From Candidatus Saccharimonadota bacterium (GTDB lineage: Bacteria; Patescibacteriota; Saccharimonadia; Saccharimonadales; Saccharimonadaceae), in NCBI GenBank assembly GCA_030537075.1, contig JAUNOS010000001.1, positions 30,079 through 94,078 on the forward strand: DNA of 64,000 nt. The letters are read 5' to 3'. Positions within the stretch are counted from its first letter, which is position 1, and each line of letters opens with the position of its first letter. The position numbers and the translations under genes are program-made. Below the pieces are notes generated by a model. The model made no database searches, had not been told where the DNA came from, and worked only from the letters and a program-made list of their open reading frames with translations. Below are positions 55,323-64,000 of this stretch, piece after piece.

Positions 55323-56833
55323 AGATCCTCCTTGGTGAGCGGCCCGGGGCGGCGATTGCCCATCATACGCTTGAAAGTCAGCTGCGCACTAATCAGACAC
55401 ATCGGCAGACCAATCCCCGGCAGTGTCCCCGCACCAACATAATACAGATTCGATACTTTTTTGCTGCGATTACGCGTGCGAAAGATGACGCTTTGGCGAA
55501 GTAGATGTGATTCGCCGCCAAACGCATTGTACTGCCAGGCATTGAATTGATCGCCAAATTGTTCTGGGCCATACACCAGTTGAGTAACAATTCGCTCCGG
55601 CAAATCTGGGGCGTCGGCCATCTCAGCAAGAATCTGAACGATCTTATCCACACACGCCGCTTCCTGTGCTGACGTCAGCGTTACACCGGCCGGCAACGGC
55701 AGCAAGACAAACAGATTTTCATGCCCAGGCGGAGCGAGCGACGGGTCAGCCTTGGTTGGATTGCACACATACAGCGACGCATGCTCTGGCACGGTGTGTG
55801 TTTCATAAATCGCAGCAAAGTTTTCACGCCAGCGCTTCACAAAATAGAGATTGTGATGTTGCAGCTGCGGCAGTTCACCCTTCACACCGAGCGACACTAA
55901 CAATGCACCGGGGCCAGGCTGGCGTTTGCGCCAATACTTTTCTGGGTAGCTTCTCGCGGCAGGTGGCAGCAGCCGGGTTTCGGTGTGATGCACATCGGCC
56001 GCTGATACCACCATGTCTGCTTCGATAATTTCGCCATTCGCCAGTTCAATGCCAGTCGCCTGGTCGCCGTCCAGCACGATCCGCTGCACCGATGCGTCGT
56101 AATGATACTCCACCCCCAGACTCCGCCCCAGCTGCTCCATGCTACGCGCCAGTTCCAGCATGCCACGCCGCGGATAGTACACCCCGCTGCGAAAATCCAA
56201 ATGACTCATCAGACTATACACCGCCGGCGCCTGAAACGGACTCGAACCCAAAAACACCATGTGATACTCTAACAGCTGCTTAAGCCTAATATCGTCAAAC
56301 CAGCGGCTGACATGCGCATCCAGCGTCCGCCACACCAACGGCAACATGGTTGGCAGGTGACGCAGAAGCGGCCACTGCAGCACATCGCTCACTCGCGTAA
56401 AATTGTTATACAGGGCATGCCGCACGGCCACCTCATACACCTGACTACTGCGCGCTACATATCGCTGCAGCTTTTTTCCCGCACCAGGTTCGATCGCTTC
56501 AAACAGTGCCGCGTCCGCGTTAACATCGCCCTGAATCACCAGCGGCTGATGGCCTTCACTCCAGACTTTGTAGCCTGGCGAAAACCGCACCAAATCAAGT
56601 TCCTCGCGAGCCGAACGATCAAACAATTGATAATACTGCTCAAAAATCTCGGGCATCAAATACCACGACGGGCCAAGGTCAAATACAAAACCATCTTGTT
56701 CGACCGCTTGGATCCGCCCGCCAGCCGCCTGGTTTTTCTCGTACACCGCCACGGTATGCCCCGCCTTGGCCAGCAGATTCGCCAGTGCCAAACCGCCGTA
56801 ACCCGCACCAATAATCACTATCTTTTTCGTCAT
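55319..56833 (-). CDS. crtI: phytoene desaturase
   Basis: N-terminal FAD fold IVIIGAGYGGLALA...YEKNQAAGGR. 504 aa, typical of bacterial CrtI. Confidence 0.9.
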   Translation of the reverse strand: MTKKIVIIGAGYGGLALANLLAKAGHTVAVYEKNQAAGGRIQAVEQDGFVFDLGPSWYLMPEIFEQYYQLFDRSAREELDLVRFSPGYKVWSEGHQPLVIQGDVNADAALFEAIEPGAGKKLQRYVARSSQVYEVAVRHALYNNFTRVSDVLQWPLLRHLPTMLPLVWRTLDAHVSRWFDDIRLKQLLEYHMVFLGSSPFQAPAVYSLMSHLDFRSGVYYPRRGMLELARSMEQLGRSLGVEYHYDASVQRIVLDGDQATGIELANGEIIEADMVVSAADVHHTETRLLPPAARSYPEKYWRKRQPGPGALLVSLGVKGELPQLQHHNLYFVKRWRENFAAIYETHTVPEHASLYVCNPTKADPSLAPPGHENLFVLLPLPAGVTLTSAQEAACVDKIVQILAEMADAPDLPERIVTQLVYGPEQFGDQFNAWQYNAFGGESHLLRQSVIFRTRNRSKKVSNLYYVGAGTLPGIGLPMCLISAQLTFKRMMGNRRPGPLTKEDL

Positions 56834-57654
56834 ACTCCCACCGCTCCTCGCACAAATAACACTAATTTCACTCCGTTCGTCACCCGAATCCGCCGCGTTT
56901 TGATATCTGCCACCGAGGCGTGCTGCAGCCGCTGAAACAGTGCATTGTAATATAGCAAACTGGTGCGAACTGCGCGCCGGGCGGCTGGCGGCAAATGGGG
57001 AATCGCCCGCTGAGCCGCCGCGATATCAGCCGCAATATCGGCTTCAATGGCTCGCTTATCGCTCTCGGTGAACGATTGATAGTCAACGCCCGGAAAATAC
57101 ACCCGCCCCAGCGCTTCGCAATCCGCCTTCATATCACGCAAAAAATTCACCTTTTGATAGGCCGCACCTAGGTGCGCCGCCCCCGTTCGCAGCCGCTCAT
57201 ACTGCGTAGCGTCACCCTCGACAAACACCTTTAGGCACATCAGCCCCACCACTTCTGCCGAGCCATAGATATAGCGTCGATACGCCGCCTCGTCATAGGT
57301 AGTAGCGGTCATATCCATCCGCATACTGGCAAAAAACGGTTCGATCAGTGCTTTTGTGATGTCGTATCGCTGTGCGGTGAGGGCAAAAGCGTGCAGTATA
57401 GGGTTGGTCGAGTAGCCTTGTTGGCGGGCTTGGTAGACCGCCGCTTCAAAGTCATCCAGCTGCTGGGCTGCGTCATCACCACGATAACTATCGACGATCT
57501 CATCCGCCAGCCGCACCATGCCATACACCGCGTAAATATGCGGCCGAATACGCGCAGAAAACAACCGACTGCTGAGCGAAAACGACGTCGAATATCGCCG
57601 CGTCAGTCGCTCGGCCAGCTCATAACTCACCCGTTTGTACAGCTCCACTAGCAC
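56830..57654 (-). CDS. crtB: phytoene synthase
   Basis: Squalene/phytoene synthase fold with Asp-rich regions (ADEIVD, FLRDMKAD) and YIYGSAEVVG. Confidence 0.9.
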   Translation of the reverse strand: MLVELYKRVSYELAERLTRRYSTSFSLSSRLFSARIRPHIYAVYGMVRLADEIVDSYRGDDAAQQLDDFEAAVYQARQQGYSTNPILHAFALTAQRYDITKALIEPFFASMRMDMTATTYDEAAYRRYIYGSAEVVGLMCLKVFVEGDATQYERLRTGAAHLGAAYQKVNFLRDMKADCEALGRVYFPGVDYQSFTESDKRAIEADIAADIAAAQRAIPHLPPAARRAVRTSLLYYNALFQRLQHASVADIKTRRIRVTNGVKLVLFVRGAVGV

Positions 57655-58697
57655 CGCCTTTCTTGCAGGCGGTCAACCAATTGCTCAAGCTCATCACGGC
57701 GAAATCCCGGCGGTAATTTGGCGAGCTCTGCCCGCGACCGAGCAAAATACCGCTGAGTGATGGCTTCAGTTTTGTGGCGAGCACCCGATACTTCAATGTC
57801 TCGTTTTAATTGACGCAGCGCCTCGCTCGGTGCGTCATGCACGCCAAACCACTGCTCGTAGCGCGCGGCCTGTTCGGCATTCATCGCTGCCTGATGCTGG
57901 GCGATAAGCACCGTTCGCTTGCCTTCACGAAGATCCGTGTCGGTTGATTTGCCCGTTGCTGCCTCGTCGCCAAACACACCGATCAAGTCATCCTGCAGCT
58001 GAAAGGCAATACCGCACTGTTCGCCAAATGCCTGCAACACCGCCCGGGTTGATACATCAAGCTCGGCCGCCATCGCCCCCGCCAGCAGTGGCCCCACAAA
58101 GCTGTAGCTGGCCGTTTTATAGCGGTAGATTGTCATTGGATCAAACGTTTCATCCACTACAAACGCCGCCTCGACATCCAAAAGTTCGCCGCCGATCACC
58201 TCGAACACCGACTGACTGAGTCGTTCAGAGATATGGCGAATCACCGCTGGCGAAAATGGCGCCGACTGCACCATGCGGTACGCCTCGGAGAGCAGGGCAT
58301 CACCCGCCAACACCGCCGCACTGTTGGCGTAATGGGTGGCGTAATGGCCGGGGAGCACCGACACGTAGCTCGCTTCGTACGCGCCATTGATGGTCGGCTG
58401 ACTGTGCCGCACCACATCTTGATCAATCACATCATCATGCACCAGCATCGCTACATGCAGTAGCTCCTGCGCCGCCGCCACTGGCACGATTGCCTCATCT
58501 AATTTGCCATACCCCACCACCGTCAAATATGGCCGCATTCGCTTGCCACCCGCCTGGTACACGCGAGCGATCTCCCGCCACAACTGCTCGTAGCGCGGGT
58601 GAATCGTCGCCGCCTGCCGAACTCGCTCACGAAGACACTCCGCGATATACGCGTCAACTGCCCCCCTGACCTCAGCCAGCAACGAATTGGCTTTCAT
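57648..58697 (-). CDS. crtE: polyprenyl (geranylgeranyl) diphosphate synthase
   Basis: First and second Asp-rich motifs (LVHDDVIDQD, QLQDDLIGVFGD). Confidence 0.85.
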   Translation of the reverse strand: MKANSLLAEVRGAVDAYIAECLRERVRQAATIHPRYEQLWREIARVYQAGGKRMRPYLTVVGYGKLDEAIVPVAAAQELLHVAMLVHDDVIDQDVVRHSQPTINGAYEASYVSVLPGHYATHYANSAAVLAGDALLSEAYRMVQSAPFSPAVIRHISERLSQSVFEVIGGELLDVEAAFVVDETFDPMTIYRYKTASYSFVGPLLAGAMAAELDVSTRAVLQAFGEQCGIAFQLQDDLIGVFGDEAATGKSTDTDLREGKRTVLIAQHQAAMNAEQAARYEQWFGVHDAPSEALRQLKRDIEVSGARHKTEAITQRYFARSRAELAKLPPGFRRDELEQLVDRLQERRC

Positions 58698-58730
58698 AGG
58701 TCTATTGTAGCAGGTTTTATCGGTAATCCG

Positions 58731-59189
58731 TCACGACACTTGCAGCCGCCTCAACTCCGCCACCACCTGCTCGCCATGGCCCAGCGGCGTGACGCGACCA
58801 TAGACTTTTTGCACCACGCCGTCCGGGTCGATCAAAAAGGTGCGCCGCAAAATCCCTTCGCGGCCAAACATTTTCGGACCCCACGTGCCATACGCCGTGA
58901 TCACCGTCTTTTCCGGGTCGGACAGCAAGTGAAACGACAAATTATACTTTTCCTTAAATTTCTCGTGCGCTTCGGGCGGATCCATACTGATACCAATCAC
59001 CTCCGCACCCAGCGCCGCCAACTCATCGCGCGCATCGCGCAGACTACACGCCTCTACCGTGCACCCCGGCGTGTCATCCTTCGGATAAAAATATAACACC
59101 ACCCAGCGTCCACGAAAACCCTTAAGACTCACGCCGTTCAAGCTAAAATCTGGTGCCGGGTAGGGGGTTGGTTGCATCGCCATCATCAC
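58731..59189 (-). CDS. bcp: peroxiredoxin (Bcp/PrxQ type)
   Basis: Thioredoxin fold with peroxidatic Cys in the FYPKDDTPGCT motif. 152 aa. Confidence 0.85.
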   Translation of the reverse strand: MMMAMQPTPYPAPDFSLNGVSLKGFRGRWVVLYFYPKDDTPGCTVEACSLRDARDELAALGAEVIGISMDPPEAHEKFKEKYNLSFHLLSDPEKTVITAYGTWGPKMFGREGILRRTFLIDPDGVVQKVYGRVTPLGHGEQVVAELRRLQVS

Positions 59190-59326
59190 GCTCCTTTGTT
59201 TTTCTGGGCCTTGCCCGTTACGTCTTTTATTATCATCTGAACAATATCATCTTGGCTCATCGTCTCATTAATCAGCGTTTCACCAGGCACGTCGAGATAG
59301 TCTTTCTCTCTTCGCCATGCCCTCCA

Positions 59327-60952
59327 TTATACCGCACCCGAGCGGCGGCGCACCACCGTAAAGACTGCGACCACACCGAGCAGCGCTGCTAACCATGAGG
59401 AGCCATAGCCAGCATTTGGTGCCTCTGATTCTGCATGATCACTATCGCGCCCCGTCAGCGTAGTATCATCATCTCTTTTTGTTGTATTATAGACAACGTT
59501 TGTTAATACTTCTCGGTAGGGTTCACCGTCGACTCGGCTATCAATCTCTTCCATCTCCACACCAGCGGGAGAAAGCAATACCTCATCGCAGACGATCTCT
59601 TCATCACTTGCCACCGAAAGCGCTGCTTCCGGCGGGATTACTCCCATCTCCTCGTTGGTGGTATTATGCTCGTTCACGCCTGCCGGCATATGCTCCATCC
59701 GCATGGGAGCTTCCGCCAAAGACGCAGAAATCGACTGCTGTTCACTTACAATAGCAGGATCTTCTCTGCCTGAAACCACCACTGTATCAGGCATCAATGG
59801 CGTCGTCACCACTGGCACCGACTCGACAGAGGGTGTCTTGATGATAATCTCTGGTGCATCCATCTCCAGAACATCTGGTAGTTCGTGCATCACCTCCCGC
59901 ATCATAGGCGGCGCCACCTCGACCGTGAAATCAGCACTCTTACTGACAAGGGTCGCCCCATCATCCCGTATCGTTAAGGTTGCTTTGTCCCCCTGCTCAG
60001 GTTGCGACAGCAGTACCTCTTCATAGGTCGTCGCACCCCATGACACCACTGGGTCTTGGCAAGGTATACCACACTCAACAGTCTCGGCTGTCGCCGGACG
60101 ATACTCGATTGTTTGAATATTTGGCGCAGCATTCGCCTCAAGGTCTAGTTCAGTGCTCACCTCAACAGCCTGCTCGATGCTCGCTTCGGCGGTTGGTTCT
60201 CTATGCGTCTCAATAGTTGGCTGCTCAGTACTCATCTGGACAGGCGGCTCAATACAAGGCTGGCTGACTGAAACAACAGGAGTCTCGACTTGATCCGTAG
60301 CTACTCGGACCTCCTGACACACCACTGCAGGAGCGACATCAATACCATCACTCAACACTGGCTCCGCCCCCATCTCTGGTGCTGTATCTAGCTCTTGTTC
60401 AACCACTAACTCCGATACCGGGTCAGGGTCAAGGGATGGCACTGGATCAGGGACGGCTTCCGGTACTAGGCCAGGGTCCAAGGCTAACTCGGGTTCCGTG
60501 GCTGAATCAGGATCAAACACCGACTCCAGCTCTGGCTCTGACACCGCCACCGGCATCGTCCATGATGGAGGCGGCACTTCCCGATGTTCCGCCGCCTCCC
60601 CCTCATCGTGCTCAGCGGTCGGCGACGTAGGCGACTCCCCCTCACTCGGCGCGGGCTCAGGATCAGCCGATATCGCCACCTGCGCCCACACTACCGCGGG
60701 GCCATCGTCATCCAGCAGCGCCGCAGCATAATCAAGCTCGACTGACGCCTCCGCCATCGGTTCAGTTGACTCATTCGATTGGCTTTGCGCTTCACGAGCA
60801 CGCGCCTCGGCAGCCTGCGGCAATATACATCGCTGCATGAATGGACAGCCAACGCACGATACGCAGGCCGCCGCCCCCATCGCTGCGGAGGGCACCTCGG
60901 AGGTGCCTTCTACCTCAACGACGTCAACAGGATTCTCCAGCCGCTCACTCAT
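59327..60952 (-). CDS. acidic Pro/Glu/Asp-rich protein with N-terminal Cys cluster and C-terminal TM anchor
   Basis: N-terminal CVSCVGCPFMQRC (C-x2-C-x2-C-x5-C), a long disordered acidic region, and a C-terminal hydrophobic helix followed by RRRSGAV. ATGA overlap with the upstream gene. Confidence 0.5.
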   Translation of the reverse strand: MSERLENPVDVVEVEGTSEVPSAAMGAAACVSCVGCPFMQRCILPQAAEARAREAQSQSNESTEPMAEASVELDYAAALLDDDGPAVVWAQVAISADPEPAPSEGESPTSPTAEHDEGEAAEHREVPPPSWTMPVAVSEPELESVFDPDSATEPELALDPGLVPEAVPDPVPSLDPDPVSELVVEQELDTAPEMGAEPVLSDGIDVAPAVVCQEVRVATDQVETPVVSVSQPCIEPPVQMSTEQPTIETHREPTAEASIEQAVEVSTELDLEANAAPNIQTIEYRPATAETVECGIPCQDPVVSWGATTYEEVLLSQPEQGDKATLTIRDDGATLVSKSADFTVEVAPPMMREVMHELPDVLEMDAPEIIIKTPSVESVPVVTTPLMPDTVVVSGREDPAIVSEQQSISASLAEAPMRMEHMPAGVNEHNTTNEEMGVIPPEAALSVASDEEIVCDEVLLSPAGVEMEEIDSRVDGEPYREVLTNVVYNTTKRDDDTTLTGRDSDHAESEAPNAGYGSSWLAALLGVVAVFTVVRRRSGAV

Positions 60953-61611
60953 GACTCAAAAAACGTCTCCGTTGAAATCCGCTGCGTGTCCACTCCCGCC
61001 GCCACTAATTTTTGCCACACATTACGTACAAAATCCACGCTGCCACACACCAAAAAGTGCGCCCCGCTTGAAGCCTCCTGGACAATTGCCGCCACCTCAA
61101 AGCGACCATTGCGCCAACCATTCACCTCCTCAACTTTTTGGCGAGTACTAAAGTGCGTCACCCGAATGCGCGAATTCGCCAGCTCCTCATCAAACACCGT
61201 TCTATCGGGCGAACGATGACTAAAATACAGATAAGTATCCTGCTCGGCACTGGCTAGCACACTCCACACCGGCCCCAGCGCACAACCCGCCGCGATCCCC
61301 ACCAGCGGCCGCGTGGTCTGTGGATTGAAATACCCATAGGGCTGGCTGATACGCAGTTCATCGCCAGCTGCTCGCTGGCACAGATAGCTCGAAAACTCAC
61401 CACCGACATCCTTGACGGTAATTGACGCCAATTCCTCGTGCGGCAGACTCGACAAACTATACGCCTTACCCGCCGTCACCGCACTCCCCGGAATATACAC
61501 CGTGATGTATTGACCGGCGGTAAACGCAAACGGGCGACGAAAATACAGTGTCACCACTTCAGGGTTTTCCCGGCGCACTTTTTCGACCGTCACTGTTAGC
61601 GAATGGTGCAT
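60949..61611 (-). CDS. FAD/NAD(P)-binding oxidoreductase (ferredoxin/flavodoxin-NADP reductase-like)
   Basis: FAD-binding FR-type beta-barrel (RxYS-like GKAYSLSS) followed by an NAD-binding segment (LVGIAAGCALGP). Overlaps nrdG by 16 nt. Confidence 0.65.
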   Translation of the reverse strand: MHHSLTVTVEKVRRENPEVVTLYFRRPFAFTAGQYITVYIPGSAVTAGKAYSLSSLPHEELASITVKDVGGEFSSYLCQRAAGDELRISQPYGYFNPQTTRPLVGIAAGCALGPVWSVLASAEQDTYLYFSHRSPDRTVFDEELANSRIRVTHFSTRQKVEEVNGWRNGRFEVAAIVQEASSGAHFLVCGSVDFVRNVWQKLVAAGVDTQRISTETFFES

Positions 61612-62345
61612 TGTATCACATACCTTTCCATAATTCTCTGCGCCGCCGTAAACTCTTCTTCGGTGAAGGTGTCAAATTCGGCAAACTGCGGGCTAAGGGT
61701 TTTGCCCGGTCGAAAATGCTGCAGCGCAAATCGCTTGGCACCACGCACCAACTGACCAATCCTCTCAAAGTCCTCCACCGCCAGCTGCTGGCACACCACC
61801 GTGGTGCGAAACTCATGCCCCACACCCGAATTGATCAGTAGCCGAATGCTCTCTTTTATCGCCGCCAGATCGACCGGCCGAGCAGCGATCTCAATATACT
61901 TTTCCAGTGGCCCCTTGATGTCCATCGACACAAAATCAATCCAGCCCTTTTCGATCATCTCCCGCAGCATCGCTGGATGCGTACCGTTACTATCCAGCTT
62001 GACGTCATAACCAAGCGACTTGATCAGCCGACACAGCTCCGGCAGCTCCTCATGCACCGTCGGCTCACCGCCGCTCACCACCACGCCGTTCAGCCGCCCG
62101 CGCCGCTTTTCCAAAAAGACGAATATTTCATCCAGCGGAATACTCGGCGCCAGGCGCTCTGGCAGCACCAGCTCGGGGTTGTGGCAGTAGCCGCAGCGCA
62201 TATTACAGCCAGCCGTAAACAGCGCCGCCGCCACATGACCCGGATAATCCACCAAGGTCAATTTCTGCACGCCGCCGACCGGCACCGCAGGCCAGACTTT
62301 AGGCGGCTGCCACTGCGAGCCTGGCATCGTGCGCCGCTCCATCAT
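61596..62345 (-). CDS. nrdG: anaerobic ribonucleoside-triphosphate reductase activating protein (radical SAM)
   Basis: CNMRCGYCHNP radical-SAM cluster motif and glycine-rich SAM site. Confidence 0.9.
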   Translation of the reverse strand: MMERRTMPGSQWQPPKVWPAVPVGGVQKLTLVDYPGHVAAALFTAGCNMRCGYCHNPELVLPERLAPSIPLDEIFVFLEKRRGRLNGVVVSGGEPTVHEELPELCRLIKSLGYDVKLDSNGTHPAMLREMIEKGWIDFVSMDIKGPLEKYIEIAARPVDLAAIKESIRLLINSGVGHEFRTTVVCQQLAVEDFERIGQLVRGAKRFALQHFRPGKTLSPQFAEFDTFTEEEFTAAQRIMERYVIQCTIR

Positions 62346-64000
62346 AATGTTCGCGCATCACAAATTCAGCCTGCTTGCCCTTGTTCCAGTGCGACACTGG
62401 CCGCAGGAATCCAACCACGCGGGAGTAAATTTCCGTCTCGCCGCCACAGGTCGGACAGGCTTGATGCTCGCCCGCCAAGTAGCCGTGGTTGCGGCAAACG
62501 CTAAAGCTCGGACTAAACGTAAAGTACGGCAATTGGTAATTGGTGCAGATATTTTTCACCAGCTGCTTCAATGTTTCAGGGTCACTCATCCGCTCGCCGA
62601 GGAAAAAGTGAATCACTGTGCCGCCAGTATATTTGGTTTGCAAGGCGTCTTGCAGCTCCAGCAGCTCGAACAAATCGTCGGTGTAATTGACCGGCAGGTG
62701 CGTCGAATTGGTGTAAAACGGCTCGATATCATCCGCGCCGGTGCCGTTGGCAAAATGCGCCCGCGCACCAAAGTCCTTGCGGTCAATTTGCGCCAATCGA
62801 TAGGTTGTCCCCTCGGCCGGCGTGGCCTCAAGGTTGTAGTTATTACCGGTATCTTTTTGGTACTCAACCAGCCGATCGCGCATAAAATCCATCGTCCGCT
62901 CAGCAAACGCCCTGCCCTCCCGAGAGCCAATGTCCACTCCTAGCAAATTTAGCGCCGCCTCATTCATACCGATCAGCCCAATGGTCGAAAAGTGATTTTT
63001 CCAATATTCATTGAAGCGCTTTTTGATATCGCGCAGGTAAAATTTAGTGTACGGGTAGAGGTTGGCGTCGGTCAATCGCTCCAGCACTTTACGCTTGGTT
63101 TCCAGACTATCACGCGCCATATCCATCAGCCGCGCCAGCCCCTCACGGAACGCCGCCTCGTCTTTCGATTTCAGCGCCAGCCGCGGCAAATTGATGGTCA
63201 CCACGCCAACCGACCCGGTCATTGGGTTGGAGCCAAACAGCCCGCCGCCGCGATATTCCAATTGCCGATTATCGATCCTCAGCCGACAGCACATCGAACG
63301 CGCATCTTCCGGATCCATGTCAGAATTGACGAAATTCGAAAAGTACGGAATGCCATATTTGGCGCTGGCCTCCCACAGATTTTCGATGACTGGATTATCC
63401 CAATTGAAATCCTCTGTGATGTTGTACGTCGGAATCGGAAAAGTGAACACCCGGCCCGACGCGTCGCCCTCGCTCAGCACTTCCAGCAGTGCCTTGTTGA
63501 AGGTGTTCATTTCCGACTGGTAATCGCCGTAGTTGGTTTCCTGAATTTCGCCGCCGATGATGACCGGGTTGCCCGCCATGTGCTTCGGACACTCCAGGTC
63601 CAGCGTGATGTTGGTAAACGGCGTCTGAAAGCCAACGCGGGTCGGCACATTGACGTTGAAAACAAATTCTTGCAGCGCCTGCTTGACCTCGGCGTAGCTC
63701 AAATTGTCGTGACGAATGAACGGCGCCAGCAGCGTGTCAAAGTTCGAAAAGGCCTGGGCGCCCGCCGCCTCGCCCTGGAGGGTGTAAAAGAAATTGACGA
63801 CCTGCCCCAGCGCCGAGCGAAAATGCTTGGCTGGCTTTGAGGCAACCTTGCCCTGCACGCCCGTAAAGCCTTCGCGCAGCAGATCCATCAAGTCCCAGCC
63901 CACGCAGTACACGCTGATGAGGTTCAGGTCGTGCATATGTAGGTCGCCCGATTTGTGCGCTCGCGCCATCTCTGGGGTGTAGATTTTATCTAGCCAATAG
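62299..64000 (-). CDS. nrdD: anaerobic ribonucleoside-triphosphate reductase, class III (5'-partial; continues beyond the window end)
   Basis: C-terminal glycyl-radical region and Zn-ribbon CPTCGG. The open frame continues to position 64000 without a stop, so the N-terminus lies outside the window. Confidence 0.9.
   Translation of the reverse strand, partial: YWLDKIYTPEMARAHKSGDLHMHDLNLISVYCVGWDLMDLLREGFTGVQGKVASKPAKHFRSALGQVVNFFYTLQGEAAGAQAFSNFDTLLAPFIRHDNLSYAEVKQALQEFVFNVNVPTRVGFQTPFTNITLDLECPKHMAGNPVIIGGEIQETNYGDYQSEMNTFNKALLEVLSEGDASGRVFTFPIPTYNITEDFNWDNPVIENLWEASAKYGIPYFSNFVNSDMDPEDARSMCCRLRIDNRQLEYRGGGLFGSNPMTGSVGVVTINLPRLALKSKDEAAFREGLARLMDMARDSLETKRKVLERLTDANLYPYTKFYLRDIKKRFNEYWKNHFSTIGLIGMNEAALNLLGVDIGSREGRAFAERTMDFMRDRLVEYQKDTGNNYNLEATPAEGTTYRLAQIDRKDFGARAHFANGTGADDIEPFYTNSTHLPVNYTDDLFELLELQDALQTKYTGGTVIHFFLGERMSDPETLKQLVKNICTNYQLPYFTFSPSFSVCRNHGYLAGEHQACPTCGGETEIYSRVVGFLRPVSHWNKGKQAEFVMREHYDGAAHDARLAVAAA

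Noticed and set aside
59479-60731. Several plus-strand ORFs (59479-59754, 59655-60026, 60379-60630, 60498-60731) within the acidic-protein gene.
   Set aside because: They are antisense artefacts of a biased Pro/Glu/Asp-rich coding region.

Overview
This is a moderate-GC (~55-60%) bacterial chromosomal segment, densely coding and mostly on the minus strand. It has no rRNA genes and no CRISPR array. Recognisable housekeeping genes include ftsH, tilS, recA-recX, a murC-like ligase, galE, the class III RNR genes nrdD-nrdG, a type IV pilin, an LtaS-like enzyme, CorA, a HlyC/CorC transporter and several ABC transporters. There are four tRNAs: elongator Met, a probable Ile2(CAU), initiator fMet and Pro(CGG). 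It also carries a complete arginine deiminase operon (arcA-arcB-arcD(YfcC-type)-arcC), a tight actinobacterial-style C50-carotenoid operon (crtE-crtB-crtI-crtYe-crtYf-crtEb) and a PadR-ABC-FtsX export operon. The most unusual region is 41.3-53.8 kb. There, a type I restriction-modification system (hsdM, hsdS, hsdR) is interrupted by a composite, lower-GC defence island. Within it, hsdM, a 265-aa unknown, hsdS, a 703-aa PHP-phosphoesterase/ABC-ATPase fusion and a 113-aa acidic protein are translationally coupled by 4- or 20-nt overlaps. hsdR is separated from hsdS by a 2.3-kb three-gene cassette (an HTH-Panacea/DUF4065 antitoxin, a 145-aa putative toxin, and a 257-aa unknown on the plus strand with its own strong promoter). 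That cassette is bracketed by imperfect ~37-bp direct repeats. The overall gene content (type IV pilin, LtaS-like, class III RNR, arginine deiminase operon, small conserved unknowns) would fit a small-genome, possibly Saccharibacteria-like organism. I cannot verify taxonomy from this window.
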